56,021 bases of DNA, from the sequence record SRR20825006_2977; one strand, written 5' to 3'. How positions within the stretch are numbered: the stretch's first letter is position 1; the number at the start of each line of letters is the position of its first letter. A program made the position numbers and the translations under genes. Positions 31,991 to 40,943 of this stretch are shown in pieces. The notes under the pieces are model-generated. The model saw only the letters and a program-made list of their open reading frames with translations. It did no database searches and was not told where the DNA came from.

Positions 31991-32599
31991 TCAACCACGC
32001 CGTCCATCTGCGCTCGCGAGGTCGATGACCACCGCGCTCGCTTCGACCTCTTCCGGCTTCGATTTTTCCTCGCGCCGCGCCTCTGTTTCCATCGGCTCGA
32101 TGATGATGTCATCGGTGCGCGGACCCTGCGCGTAGTGGAATCCTTCCGGTGGCATCTCGTCTTCGTCCTCGGCGCCTTCGTAAGGATCGAATCCCATCCC
32201 GAAGCCCATCATTCCCGCTGGCGAGGAGCCATCGAAACCGAGCCATTTCTCGACGCGCTTGCGCACGAGCTTCTTGATCGGAGCGCGCGTGAAGGGGGTG
32301 AGCAGGGTGAATGCGGCGATATCCGTGAGCACGCCGGGGGTCACGAGGAACGCGGACGCGATGAGGACGGCGAGCCCGTCGAGGAGAGAGTCTTGCGGGA
32401 GCTGGCCAGTGGCCAGATCTTGCTTGATGCGACGCCAGGCGCGCGTCCCCTGGAGCTTACCGAGCGTCGCGCCGAGCAACGCCGTGGTGATCACGATGGC
32501 GAGCGTGGGCTGGAGGCCGATCTTGTCGCCGAGGGTGATCAGCAACGTCAGCTCGATGATCGGAACAATCGTAAAGACGAGCAGTAATTTGGCCCACAT
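31991..32599 (-). CDS. fxsA: FxsA family membrane protein
   Basis: 'VPIIELTLLI', 'FLVTPGVLTDIAA...PFTR'. Confidence 0.9.
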   Translation of the reverse strand: MWAKLLLVFTIVPIIELTLLITLGDKIGLQPTLAIVITTALLGATLGKLQGTRAWRRIKQDLATGQLPQDSLLDGLAVLIASAFLVTPGVLTDIAAFTLLTPFTRAPIKKLVRKRVEKWLGFDGSSPAGMMGFGMGFDPYEGAEDEDEMPPEGFHYAQGPRTDDIIIEPMETEARREEKSKPEEVEASAVVIDLASADGRRG

Positions 32600-32707
32600 C
32601 TCTTCTCTCCTTGCGCGGCGCGAGGTTGTATCGAGGTCACGAACCTGCCAGCGGTCTCACATCGAATCGCAGGCTCGTGACCTCTTGCTCGATCCAGAAG
32701 GTTGCGC

Positions 32708-33361
32708 TCAGGCGTCCTTTGGAACCTTTGCCCAGTCCGCGTTGAACTTCTCGATCCCGACATCGGTCAACGGATGCTTGAACATCTGGTTGATGACCTT
32801 GAAGGGGAGGGTGGCCACGTGGGCACCGATCAGCGCGGCCTGATGCACGTGGTTGGCGTGACGCACGGAGGCGACCAGGACCTCGGTCGAGAGCGCGGGG
32901 TAGTTGGCGTAGACCTGGACGATGTCCTCGATCAACTGCATCCCTTCGGCGCCGATGTCATCGAGGCGACCGACGAACGGGCTGATGTAGGTCGCGCCAG
33001 CTTTTGCGGCGAGCAGCGCCTGGTTCGCCGAGAAGCAGAGCGTGACGTTGACGCCAACGCCCTGGCTCGAGAGCTTCTTGCACGCCTTGAGGCCAGCCTG
33101 TGTCAGCGGGACCTTGATGATGGCGTTGTCTGCCCAGGTCACGAACTCTTCGGCCTGTGCGAGCATGCCGTCGGTGTCCTCGGCGGTCACTTCGACGCTG
33201 ACCGGGCCATCGACGAGGCCGCAAATCTCGATGATCGTTTCCTTGTGCTTGCGGCCAGTCTTGGCGATCAAGCTCGGGTTGGTCGTCACGCCGTCGAGGA
33301 TCCCCAGGGCGGCTGCTTCGGCGATCTCGTCCACGTCTGCTGTGTCGATGAAGAATTTCAT
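32708..33361 (-). CDS. fsa: Fructose-6-phosphate aldolase / small transaldolase
   Basis: 'FFIDTA', 'GVTTNPSLI', 'IIKVP', '[11 protein letters not shown]', '[11 protein letters not shown]'. Confidence 0.93.
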   Translation of the reverse strand: MKFFIDTADVDEIAEAAALGILDGVTTNPSLIAKTGRKHKETIIEICGLVDGPVSVEVTAEDTDGMLAQAEEFVTWADNAIIKVPLTQAGLKACKKLSSQGVGVNVTLCFSANQALLAAKAGATYISPFVGRLDDIGAEGMQLIEDIVQVYANYPALSTEVLVASVRHANHVHQAALIGAHVATLPFKVINQMFKHPLTDVGIEKFNADWAKVPKDA

Positions 33362-33491
33362 GCTGCGCTCTCACCTGCTGCGTTGTTTGATGTGATGGGG
33401 CGGCGCGATGCCGACCTCTCGCAGCAGGCAATTACCATCCCTGGTGTCTGTCGTCGAGACACGCCACGCCAATTCTCGACGCCGATAGGCA

Positions 33492-34367
33492 TCAAGGCAA
33501 GGCCAGGCAGATGCTCTTTCCATCCGTGAGTTCATTGCAAAGGGCTGGATCTCCGCTCGTGGGACACTCGATCGGTGCCCAACACTTCTCGCCAAGGTTA
33601 AACCTACAATCCGAATCTTCCTCGCAAACATCCAGGCACGCGCGCGTCACGGAGCCCTCGCCATCATTGTCGATCTCACGACATGCCGCGCCGGGGCCGC
33701 AGTCCTCGTCCACAGAGCATGGCGCCGTGCAGGCTGGCGTGGGGAAGAACGCGTCGAACGCGCCTCCAAGCTCAGAGCTGCACTGCAAACCGCTCGAGTC
33801 ACACACGCTCCCGGAGACCTCGCACGAGCGTCCCACTTCACCGCGACAGTATCCGCGGCCGCTCGCGCTCGAGACACAGACCTCGCCGCCGGGGCAGTCC
33901 GGGTCGGGTCCATAACATGCCGCCAGGCAGTATTTTTCGCCGTCCGCGCCAAAGCAGAGGTTCCCTTTTTCACACTGGGGGTTACTCTCGCACGATTCGT
34001 GTCGCGGGACGTCTCCCCCCAGATAACACACCGCGCCAGCTCCTCCGATGCTCGTGCAGACTTCGCCGCCGCCGCAGATCCTCCCCGGTTGCTGGCAGTT
34101 GCTCATGCAGCGAAAGATGCCCGAGGCCGAGACGCAGCTCGCCCCCGTGACGCAATCATCAGGCGCGTTGCAGACATCCCCGACCTCGATCTTGGCGTTG
34201 GACATGTCGGGCATGTCCGCGGGGGCGTCCTCGGCCATGTCCATCGCTGACATGTCTTGTGGGACCCCCATATCACTCGGCGTGGGTTCGAAGACGCCAC
34301 ATCCCGTCGCGCAGAGCGCGAGCGCGAGGAGTGGTGCAGCGAGCGATTTGATCGATGTCAGGCGCAT
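33492..34367 (-). CDS. Cysteine-rich lipoprotein
   Basis: Lipobox ATGC, an Asp-Met linker, and repeated C-x5-C-x4-C modules. Confidence 0.75.
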   Translation of the reverse strand: MRLTSIKSLAAPLLALALCATGCGVFEPTPSDMGVPQDMSAMDMAEDAPADMPDMSNAKIEVGDVCNAPDDCVTGASCVSASGIFRCMSNCQQPGRICGGGEVCTSIGGAGAVCYLGGDVPRHESCESNPQCEKGNLCFGADGEKYCLAACYGPDPDCPGGEVCVSSASGRGYCRGEVGRSCEVSGSVCDSSGLQCSSELGGAFDAFFPTPACTAPCSVDEDCGPGAACREIDNDGEGSVTRACLDVCEEDSDCRFNLGEKCWAPIECPTSGDPALCNELTDGKSICLALP

Positions 34368-34558
34368 GAATAAGTCCGCCAGGGTTTTGGTTTAAGGAAC
34401 TCCCGCATCATAGGGCAGGTCAATCTCACAACTCAATGTTGTTGGTCGACTCCCCGCGATTCGGGCATAAGAGGTTGTCGGTTCCCCTGAATTCGGATAG
34501 GGAAGGGGAGCTTTATAGCAGCCATGGAACGCATACCCTGAACCAGCGGAAAACGAGC

Positions 34559-35845
34559 ATGTTGGACATCAAATTCATCCGGGAGAACGCCGAAGTGGTC
34601 AAAAAGGCCGCTCGCGACAAGAGATTTGACGTCGATATCGATCGCTTGATCGAGGTCGACCAGCAACGACGCGATTTGATTTACGCGTCGGAGCAGACGC
34701 GCGCGCGCGCCAATGAAGTCTCGAATTTGATCAAGAAGGCATCCTCCCAGGACGAGCGTATGCCTCTCATTCAAGAGGGGAAGGAGCTCAAGTCCAAGCG
34801 CCAAGAACTCGAAGAGCAGCTTGTTTCCGTTCAGGAAGAGTACGACCGACTGATCCTCATGGTGCCAAACGTCCCGCTCGATGAGGTCCCCGTCGGCGAG
34901 ACCGACGAGGACAACCTCGAGGTGCGCTTGGTCGGCGAGGTCACGAAGTTTGACTTCGAGCCTCGCGATCACGAGGAGCTCGGCGAGATGCTGGGGATTC
35001 TGGACAAGCCTCGCGGGATCAAGGTCGGCGGCGCGCGCTCCTATCTGTTGCGCGGCGCGGGCGCCTTGCTCGAGCAGGCTGTCATCAGCCTGGCCATCGA
35101 GCTCCTGGTCCAGCGCGAGAACCCCTACGAGCTCGTCACTGGCCCCGTGATGGTCAACGAGGATGCGCTCGTCGGCACGGGCTTCTTCCCCTATGGCAAG
35201 GAGGACACTTACGTCCTCGAGCGCGATGACAAGTACCTGATCGGGACCTCGGAGGTCGTGCTCGTCAGCTTGAACGCAGATGAGATCCTCGACCCGGCGG
35301 ACTTGCCATTGCGTTACACCGGGCTCTCCCCCTGTTTCCGCCGCGAGGCGGGCTCGGCAGGCAAGGACACGCGCGGCGTCTACCGCGTGCACCAGTTCAC
35401 CAAGGTCGAGCAGGTGATCATCTGCGAGGATGACGCCGAGGCTTCGCGCTTGCTCCACGAGGAGCTGCTGTCGAACTCCGAGCGCTTGCTCCAGGCTCTT
35501 GGCATTCCTTACCGCGTCGCGCTCGCGTGCACCGGTGAGATCGGGCTCGGTCAGGTCTTGAAGCACGAGATCGAGAGCTGGATGCCTTCTCGCAATGCCT
35601 ATAGCGAGACGCACAGCTGCTCGAGCCTCTACGATTATCAATCGAGGCGCTCCAAGATCCGCTACCGTCACGAGGACGGGAACACGCGCTTCTGCTACAC
35701 GCTCAACAACACGATGGTGGCGTCCCCGAGGATCCTCATCCCGATCCTCGAGAACTTCCAGCAGGCCGATGGCTCGGTGGTCGTCCCCGAGGCGCTGCGC
35801 AAGTACATGCACGGCATCGAGGTCCTCGAACCTGTGAACAAGTGA
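34559..35845 (+). CDS. serS: Serine--tRNA ligase
   Basis: 'MLDIKFIREN', 'LIGTSE', motif 2 'CFRREAGSAGKDTRGVYRVHQF', motif 3 'TLNNT...PRILIPILEN'. Confidence 0.97.
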   Translation: MLDIKFIRENAEVVKKAARDKRFDVDIDRLIEVDQQRRDLIYASEQTRARANEVSNLIKKASSQDERMPLIQEGKELKSKRQELEEQLVSVQEEYDRLILMVPNVPLDEVPVGETDEDNLEVRLVGEVTKFDFEPRDHEELGEMLGILDKPRGIKVGGARSYLLRGAGALLEQAVISLAIELLVQRENPYELVTGPVMVNEDALVGTGFFPYGKEDTYVLERDDKYLIGTSEVVLVSLNADEILDPADLPLRYTGLSPCFRREAGSAGKDTRGVYRVHQFTKVEQVIICEDDAEASRLLHEELLSNSERLLQALGIPYRVALACTGEIGLGQVLKHEIESWMPSRNAYSETHSCSSLYDYQSRRSKIRYRHEDGNTRFCYTLNNTMVASPRILIPILENFQQADGSVVVPEALRKYMHGIEVLEPVNK

Positions 35846-35849
35846 GCTG

Positions 35850-36545
35850 TTATTTCTCCTCGGTGGCGACCGGTTCGTAGAGCTGGAAGTTCTGCACGGC
35901 GTTCGCCGAGGGGAAGTTGTTCTTCCATATGAACGCGAAGCCGCACCCGAGCTCGAGCGCGTTGCCATCGAGGATGTTTCTTCTGTGGCCTGGCGAGTTC
36001 ATCCAGCCTTCCAGCGTATCCCGCGCGAGCGACGCGTAGGTGTGCGTCGGTACGAGCGGGCCATCGGGCGTGTAGCTGTATTTTCCAGGGCCGCCCCGTC
36101 CATAGACGGGGCGGCCCGATTCGTAGTCGATGGTCGTGACAAAGGCGATATTCTCGGCAAACTTCGGGTTGGGGACGCCGACCTTTCGACCGCGATCATC
36201 TGGGGTCCGCAGCGCCTTGCTGTGAGGATCTTCATGAGAGAAGAACCCCTTATTCGTCATCCTATCGGCGTGAAGTTGCGCGCTCGCTTCGAGCAGGGCG
36301 TTGCGCTCGAGCGCCTTCTTTCCATGCTTGGCCCGCTGCTCGTTGGTGGCGTAGAAGCAGGCGGCGCGCGCTTTCGAGGCGTCGAAGTTTTCGGGGTCGA
36401 CGGCCTCTTGAAAGGCTGGGAGTTGATCCCATTTGGCGACCTTCGCGCTGGCGACCTGGTGGTCGAGCGCGGGGGTTCGGGCTCCATGAAAGCAGCCGAA
36501 CAGGATCGGAATCAGCGCGAGCGTGGCCAGCGAAGTGTGGGACAT
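35850..36545 (-). CDS. CAP/SCP domain lipoprotein
   Basis: Lipobox LFGC; 'TNEQR', 'HADRM...FFSH', 'AENIA', 'WMNSPGHRRNIL'. Confidence 0.9.
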   Translation of the reverse strand: MSHTSLATLALIPILFGCFHGARTPALDHQVASAKVAKWDQLPAFQEAVDPENFDASKARAACFYATNEQRAKHGKKALERNALLEASAQLHADRMTNKGFFSHEDPHSKALRTPDDRGRKVGVPNPKFAENIAFVTTIDYESGRPVYGRGGPGKYSYTPDGPLVPTHTYASLARDTLEGWMNSPGHRRNILDGNALELGCGFAFIWKNNFPSANAVQNFQLYEPVATEEK

Positions 36546-36702
36546 GCGGTCCTCCAACAGAGGGTTTGCGATGTGGTTGGCGAACTCCACCTCGGTATAA
36601 GACGTTCAGGCGGCCGGATTTATTTACTCGCAACGCGCCGCGCGTGATGCTTTCGACCATCCCGTCCAGCGTCGCCTGCCATCAGAGCATGTGCAAGAGA
36701 CT

Positions 36703-36731
36703 TTGCCTTGCTCGCAGACTTCCGTTAGGAT
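36703..36731 (+). promoter_or_regulatory. Candidate sigma70 promoter
   Basis: TTGCCT-17 nt-TAGGAT upstream of the adhesin gene. Confidence 0.3.
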
Positions 36732-36846
36732 CCATGCTCGAATGACAGTTCCAAACTGTATTGCAACATTGTGGAGGGGATCAGAGGTGTGGTGAATCCA
36801 TACACGACTCGCTGATCTCCCCTGTGGCATATCAAGGAGACGAAAG

Positions 36847-38712
36847 ATGAAGATGGAGAGATTTGCCCGCCTCTCGTGCTGCGCGTTGGCTGGTTTCGGG
36901 GTGATGGCTTTTGGTACGAGCGCCGCGTTCGCGCAGGCTGCTCCTGTCGCGACAAGTTACGGCACGAGCCTGGATGAAGACGCGACGATCTCCGCGCCTC
37001 TTCGCGCCAAAGATGGCGCCACCATGCAGGACACCAGCGCAGATTCATCCTGCCCGAACCCCGCGCCCACGGACTGTATCGTGGTTCGTCCCCAAAACGG
37101 GACGTTGACCGGGACGGCTCCAAACTACACCTACAAGCCCAACGCCAACTTCTATGGCACGGACTCGTTCGAGTTCTACGTGGCCAAGGGGGGCGTGCTC
37201 TCCACGAGCACGGCGACGGCGACCTTCACGATCAACCCCAGGCCAGACGCGCCCGAGTTCTCGCCATCCGGCGACCTCCAGGTGATGATGGACGAGGACA
37301 CGACCGCGACCATCAACCTCACGGCGAGCGATCCTGACGACCTCGATCCGAACAACCCGCCAGAGATCACGCTCACCTATACGATCGCCTCGCAGCCCTC
37401 GCGCGGCATGCTCGGCGGCTCTGGCAGCACGCTGACCTACACGCCGAACATGAACTTCCAGGGGAGTGACAACTTCCGCGTGACGGTCACCGATCCAGAA
37501 GGCAACACGGACAATCAAACCGTGCGCATCACCATCAACGGCGTCAATGACGTGCCGATGGTGATGAACCAGACGGTGAACGTGGACGAGGATAACTCCA
37601 CCAGCATTTTCCTGATGGCCGAGGATGTGGACGGCGATCCGCTGACCTACACCATCGTCGACATGCCGACCAATGGCACCGTGTCTGGCAACAGCAACTC
37701 GGTGACCTACACGCCCAACATGGACTTCACGGGCACCGATCGCTTCACCTGGCGCGCGAGCGATGGCATGGGCGGCATGTCCGCGCTCGCCACGGTCGAT
37801 ATCGTCATCGGTAACGCCAACGACGCGCCTGTCTTCTCCGGCGCGACGCCCGCTGATGGCGACGTGGTCGCGGGCAACGAGGGGGACACGCTCACCTTCA
37901 CGCTCGAGGCGATGGACCCTGATATGGACCCGCTGATCTTCTCGGTGATGGGGATCGCGGATCTTCCTGGAGCCGTGTTCGACATGGCCACCGGGACGTT
38001 CACCTGGGCGACCAACTACGAGCACATCGGCGAGTATGACCTGGTCGTTCGCGTGACCGATGGCACCAATGAGGTCAGCCGCGCGCTCAAGGTTCGCGTC
38101 AATCGCCTCGACTCCGACAGCGACGGGCTCTCCGACACGCTCGAGATGGAGCTCGGCACCTCGCCGACCAACCCCGACTCGGACGGAGACACCATCTCGG
38201 ATCGCGATGAGATCAACATCAACACGCAGATGGCGGTCGACACCAACATGAACGGGTTGATCGACGCGCTCGATACGGACTCCGATGGCGATGGCGTCGC
38301 AGATCGCGACGAGGTCAACGACACCGACATCAAGACCTTCCCCGATGACGCGGACGGCGACGGCATCCCGAACTTCCAGGATCCTGATTCGGACGGCGAT
38401 GGCGCTGATGACAAGACCGACAACTGCTACGCGCAGAAGAACCCCGATCAGCTCGACACCGACGGTGATGGCATGGGGGATGCCTGTGATGACGACCTCG
38501 ATAACGACGGCGTCCCCAACATCCAGGATGCTTGCCCGACGGTCTCCGCGCCCGGTCAGCCCTCCGGCTGTACTCCAGCTCCTGAGCCCGAGCCAGAAGG
38601 GCGCTGCGAGCAGTCGAGCATCGCCAAGGGCGCGAAGCTCCCCGCACCATTCGGCGCGCTGATGCTCGCCATGGCTGGGTTGTTGTTTGGCTTGCGTCGT
38701 CGACGCGACTGA
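36847..38712 (+). CDS. Surface protein with Ig/cadherin-like (Big_9) repeats, thrombospondin type 3 repeats and a MYXO-CTERM-like tail
   Basis: Signal peptide; three 'TY.PN..F.G.D.F' repeats; DxDxDG calcium-binding repeats with 'DNC...NPDQLDTDGDGMGDACD'; C-terminal GRC...TM...RRRRD. Confidence 0.85.
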   Translation: MKMERFARLSCCALAGFGVMAFGTSAAFAQAAPVATSYGTSLDEDATISAPLRAKDGATMQDTSADSSCPNPAPTDCIVVRPQNGTLTGTAPNYTYKPNANFYGTDSFEFYVAKGGVLSTSTATATFTINPRPDAPEFSPSGDLQVMMDEDTTATINLTASDPDDLDPNNPPEITLTYTIASQPSRGMLGGSGSTLTYTPNMNFQGSDNFRVTVTDPEGNTDNQTVRITINGVNDVPMVMNQTVNVDEDNSTSIFLMAEDVDGDPLTYTIVDMPTNGTVSGNSNSVTYTPNMDFTGTDRFTWRASDGMGGMSALATVDIVIGNANDAPVFSGATPADGDVVAGNEGDTLTFTLEAMDPDMDPLIFSVMGIADLPGAVFDMATGTFTWATNYEHIGEYDLVVRVTDGTNEVSRALKVRVNRLDSDSDGLSDTLEMELGTSPTNPDSDGDTISDRDEININTQMAVDTNMNGLIDALDTDSDGDGVADRDEVNDTDIKTFPDDADGDGIPNFQDPDSDGDGADDKTDNCYAQKNPDQLDTDGDGMGDACDDDLDNDGVPNIQDACPTVSAPGQPSGCTPAPEPEPEGRCEQSSIAKGAKLPAPFGALMLAMAGLLFGLRRRRD

Positions 38713-38727
38713 TTCGCTGACGGCTCG

Positions 38728-38782
38728 GAAAAAAGAGAGGGCGCGGTTTTCGCTAGACGAAAACCGCGCCCTCTCTTTTTTC
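38728..38782. terminator. Bidirectional intrinsic terminator
   Basis: 25-bp perfect arms with A and T tracts, between convergent genes. Confidence 0.85.
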
Positions 38783-38802
38783 TTGGCTCCTGGGGTTGAA
38801 CA

Positions 38803-39081
38803 TCACTCCTTTGCGATGCTCAACCAGGGACCGCTGATACGCTCGTTTCGGCAATCAGGACACCTCGATGGGGTGCTCAGTTTGCCGCGAGAGCGGAAGG
38901 TGAAATCACACCTCGAACAACTCGCTGCTTCGATCCTGAAGCGCTTGCCCACGCTCTTTCGCACATGCTCGAGGTCATCGAGCGTGTCGCGGATGCCCAT
39001 TCGCATCAATCCCGCGATTTCTTTCGGGGTTCTGGAGCCTTGTTCGAGATAGTAGATGATCTGTTCACGTCGTGTGCCCAT
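38803..39081 (-). CDS. HTH plus Zn-ribbon predicted regulator (COG3357-like)
   Basis: 'TRREQII..L', 'DLEHVRKS', CSRC...'PSRCPDC..ERI'. Confidence 0.8.
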   Translation of the reverse strand: MGTRREQIIYYLEQGSRTPKEIAGLMRMGIRDTLDDLEHVRKSVGKRFRIEAASCSRCDFTFRSRGKLSTPSRCPDCRNERISGPWLSIAKE

Positions 39082-39229
39082 GGGGTCGACCTTTATTTTC
39101 GTGTGATGGAATCTTCTCTCTTGGTTCTTCACACGCGTAATTCATGATCGCCTCCTTTTGATGCTTTATGGCAGCCGGCCTCGCTGGTGCCAGTGATTCG
39201 ACGTTGTGCCAACACGAGGTGGCGCTGAT

Positions 39230-39628
39230 TTATGCCTTGGGCTCGATAGAAAGTTCCCGGTAGCCGGTGCGGTCGTCGAACTTGCGCTTGAACGCGATGC
39301 CGCCAAGAAGCCCCAGGACGATCTCGGCCGTGGTGTAGATCGTCGCGCCATCCTTGAGGTGTCCGCCGAGCATCTTCCCCTTGCTATCGGAGACCGAGAT
39401 GTGCAGGTGGCAGCCGTGCCTCGAGACCGTCCCCACGAGCGAGACGATCTCGAGCTTCTCCTCGATGAGCGTCGCCTCGGGCTCGTCCGCGAAGCGGATC
39501 GCGGCTTTCTCCAGGCTCCCCACACACGTCACGATGCAAGCGGCATCGATTTGACGGTCCACGCAAAACTTGAGCAACGTCTGGCGAAGATCCTGACCTG
39601 GATAGAGTCGCATGGCGATCACGTTCAT
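39230..39628 (-). CDS. PPC/DUF296 domain protein
   Basis: 'RLYPGQDL', 'TCVGSL', 'EIVSLVGT', 'HLHISVSD..G..LGGHL'. Confidence 0.9.
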   Translation of the reverse strand: MNVIAMRLYPGQDLRQTLLKFCVDRQIDAACIVTCVGSLEKAAIRFADEPEATLIEEKLEIVSLVGTVSRHGCHLHISVSDSKGKMLGGHLKDGATIYTTAEIVLGLLGGIAFKRKFDDRTGYRELSIEPKA

Positions 39629-39830
39629 CGGCTCCCTCTCGTAGCACTGGCGCGCCCAGCGGCGGCGTTTCTCAAATGATTCCATGCTCCTCTTAGCATC
39701 CTTGCCCATTTGATGCATCTATTCTTGCGGCCTGTTCGCCGCCAACGCTCTCTTGTATGAACCGTGCGTATCCTGGCGTAATTTGATAAGCGTGGCCGCG
39801 AAGTCCGTCGAGGTTTGAGAGAGTGGCGCG

Positions 39831-40943
39831 ATGACAGAACCAACAGAAACTTCGGGGTTGCACCGCGATCACGAACGCCGCGCGCATGGCCTTCAGGCGA
39901 TGCGTTGGGCGATCGTTGGTCTCGTCTTCGGGGTCGTGCTCATCGTCGCCAAGTGGACCGCTTTCCTGCTCACTGACAGCGCCGCGATCCTCTCGGACGC
40001 GATGGAATCAGGCGTGAACGTGTTGAGCTCGGCGTTCGTGCTGTATGCCGTGTGGCTCTCGAACCAACCTCGCGACGACGACCACCCCTATGGTCATGGC
40101 AAGGTCGAGTACTTCTCGGCAGGCTTCGAGGGCGCGCTCGTGCTGTTCGCTGCGCTCTCTATCGCGGTGGTCGCGATAAGTCGCCTGATTTCACCGGTCG
40201 ATATTCAACGCATCGAGTTTGGCCTGGCCGCGCAGCTCGGCATCTCGATCGTGACGCTGATCGTGGGGCAGGCCGTCCTCAGAGCAGGGGAGAGGCTCAA
40301 CTCGCCATCGATCCGCGCGGATGGGATTCACATCCGCTCGGATGCACTGACCACCTTTGGCACATTTACCGGGCTGTTGGTGGTCTGGCTCACAGAGATC
40401 CTCTGGCTCGATACGGTGATCGCGTTGATCGTGGCGATCTGGCTCGGGTTCTCCGGCGCAAAGGTCGTGCGTGAGGCTATCGGTGGCCTCATGGACGAGG
40501 CGGACCCGGAGCTGCTCGACGAGATCGCTGGTGTGCTCGAGGCGACCAGAGAACCTGGATGGATCTCACCCCACCACGCAAAGATCCATCACCTCGGCCG
40601 AGCGATTCACGTCGATCTGCACATGGTCTTTCCGGCTTACTGGTCCCTACAGCAAACGCACGCCGCGAGCGAGCGCATCGAGGACGCCTTCATCGAGGAG
40701 TTCGGGTGGGGCACAGAGCTGATGCTCCACATGGAGTCATGCACGCCCAAGAGCTGTTCGTATTGTGATGTGGAAGGGTGCCCCATCCGCTCGAGTGATT
40801 TCGTCCAGCGAAATCAGTGGGATGGGGCACATATCGCGATGCGTCACCGCGCCGAGCCGGTGTTACCCGAAGCGCGCAGCGAGGATCACTCGCTCTCCTC
40901 ATCATCGCGCGAAGTGCTAGAAGAGGAAGGGTCTGGCAAGTAG
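39831..40943 (+). CDS. Cation diffusion facilitator (FieF-like)
   Basis: 'AILSDAMES', 'DDHPYGHGKVEY', 'ADGIHIRSD'; Cys cluster near the C-terminus. Confidence 0.93.
   Translation: MTEPTETSGLHRDHERRAHGLQAMRWAIVGLVFGVVLIVAKWTAFLLTDSAAILSDAMESGVNVLSSAFVLYAVWLSNQPRDDDHPYGHGKVEYFSAGFEGALVLFAALSIAVVAISRLISPVDIQRIEFGLAAQLGISIVTLIVGQAVLRAGERLNSPSIRADGIHIRSDALTTFGTFTGLLVVWLTEILWLDTVIALIVAIWLGFSGAKVVREAIGGLMDEADPELLDEIAGVLEATREPGWISPHHAKIHHLGRAIHVDLHMVFPAYWSLQQTHAASERIEDAFIEEFGWGTELMLHMESCTPKSCSYCDVEGCPIRSSDFVQRNQWDGAHIAMRHRAEPVLPEARSEDHSLSSSSREVLEEEGSGK

Noticed and set aside
34433-35968. 511-aa minus-strand ORF
   Set aside because: Antisense to serS.
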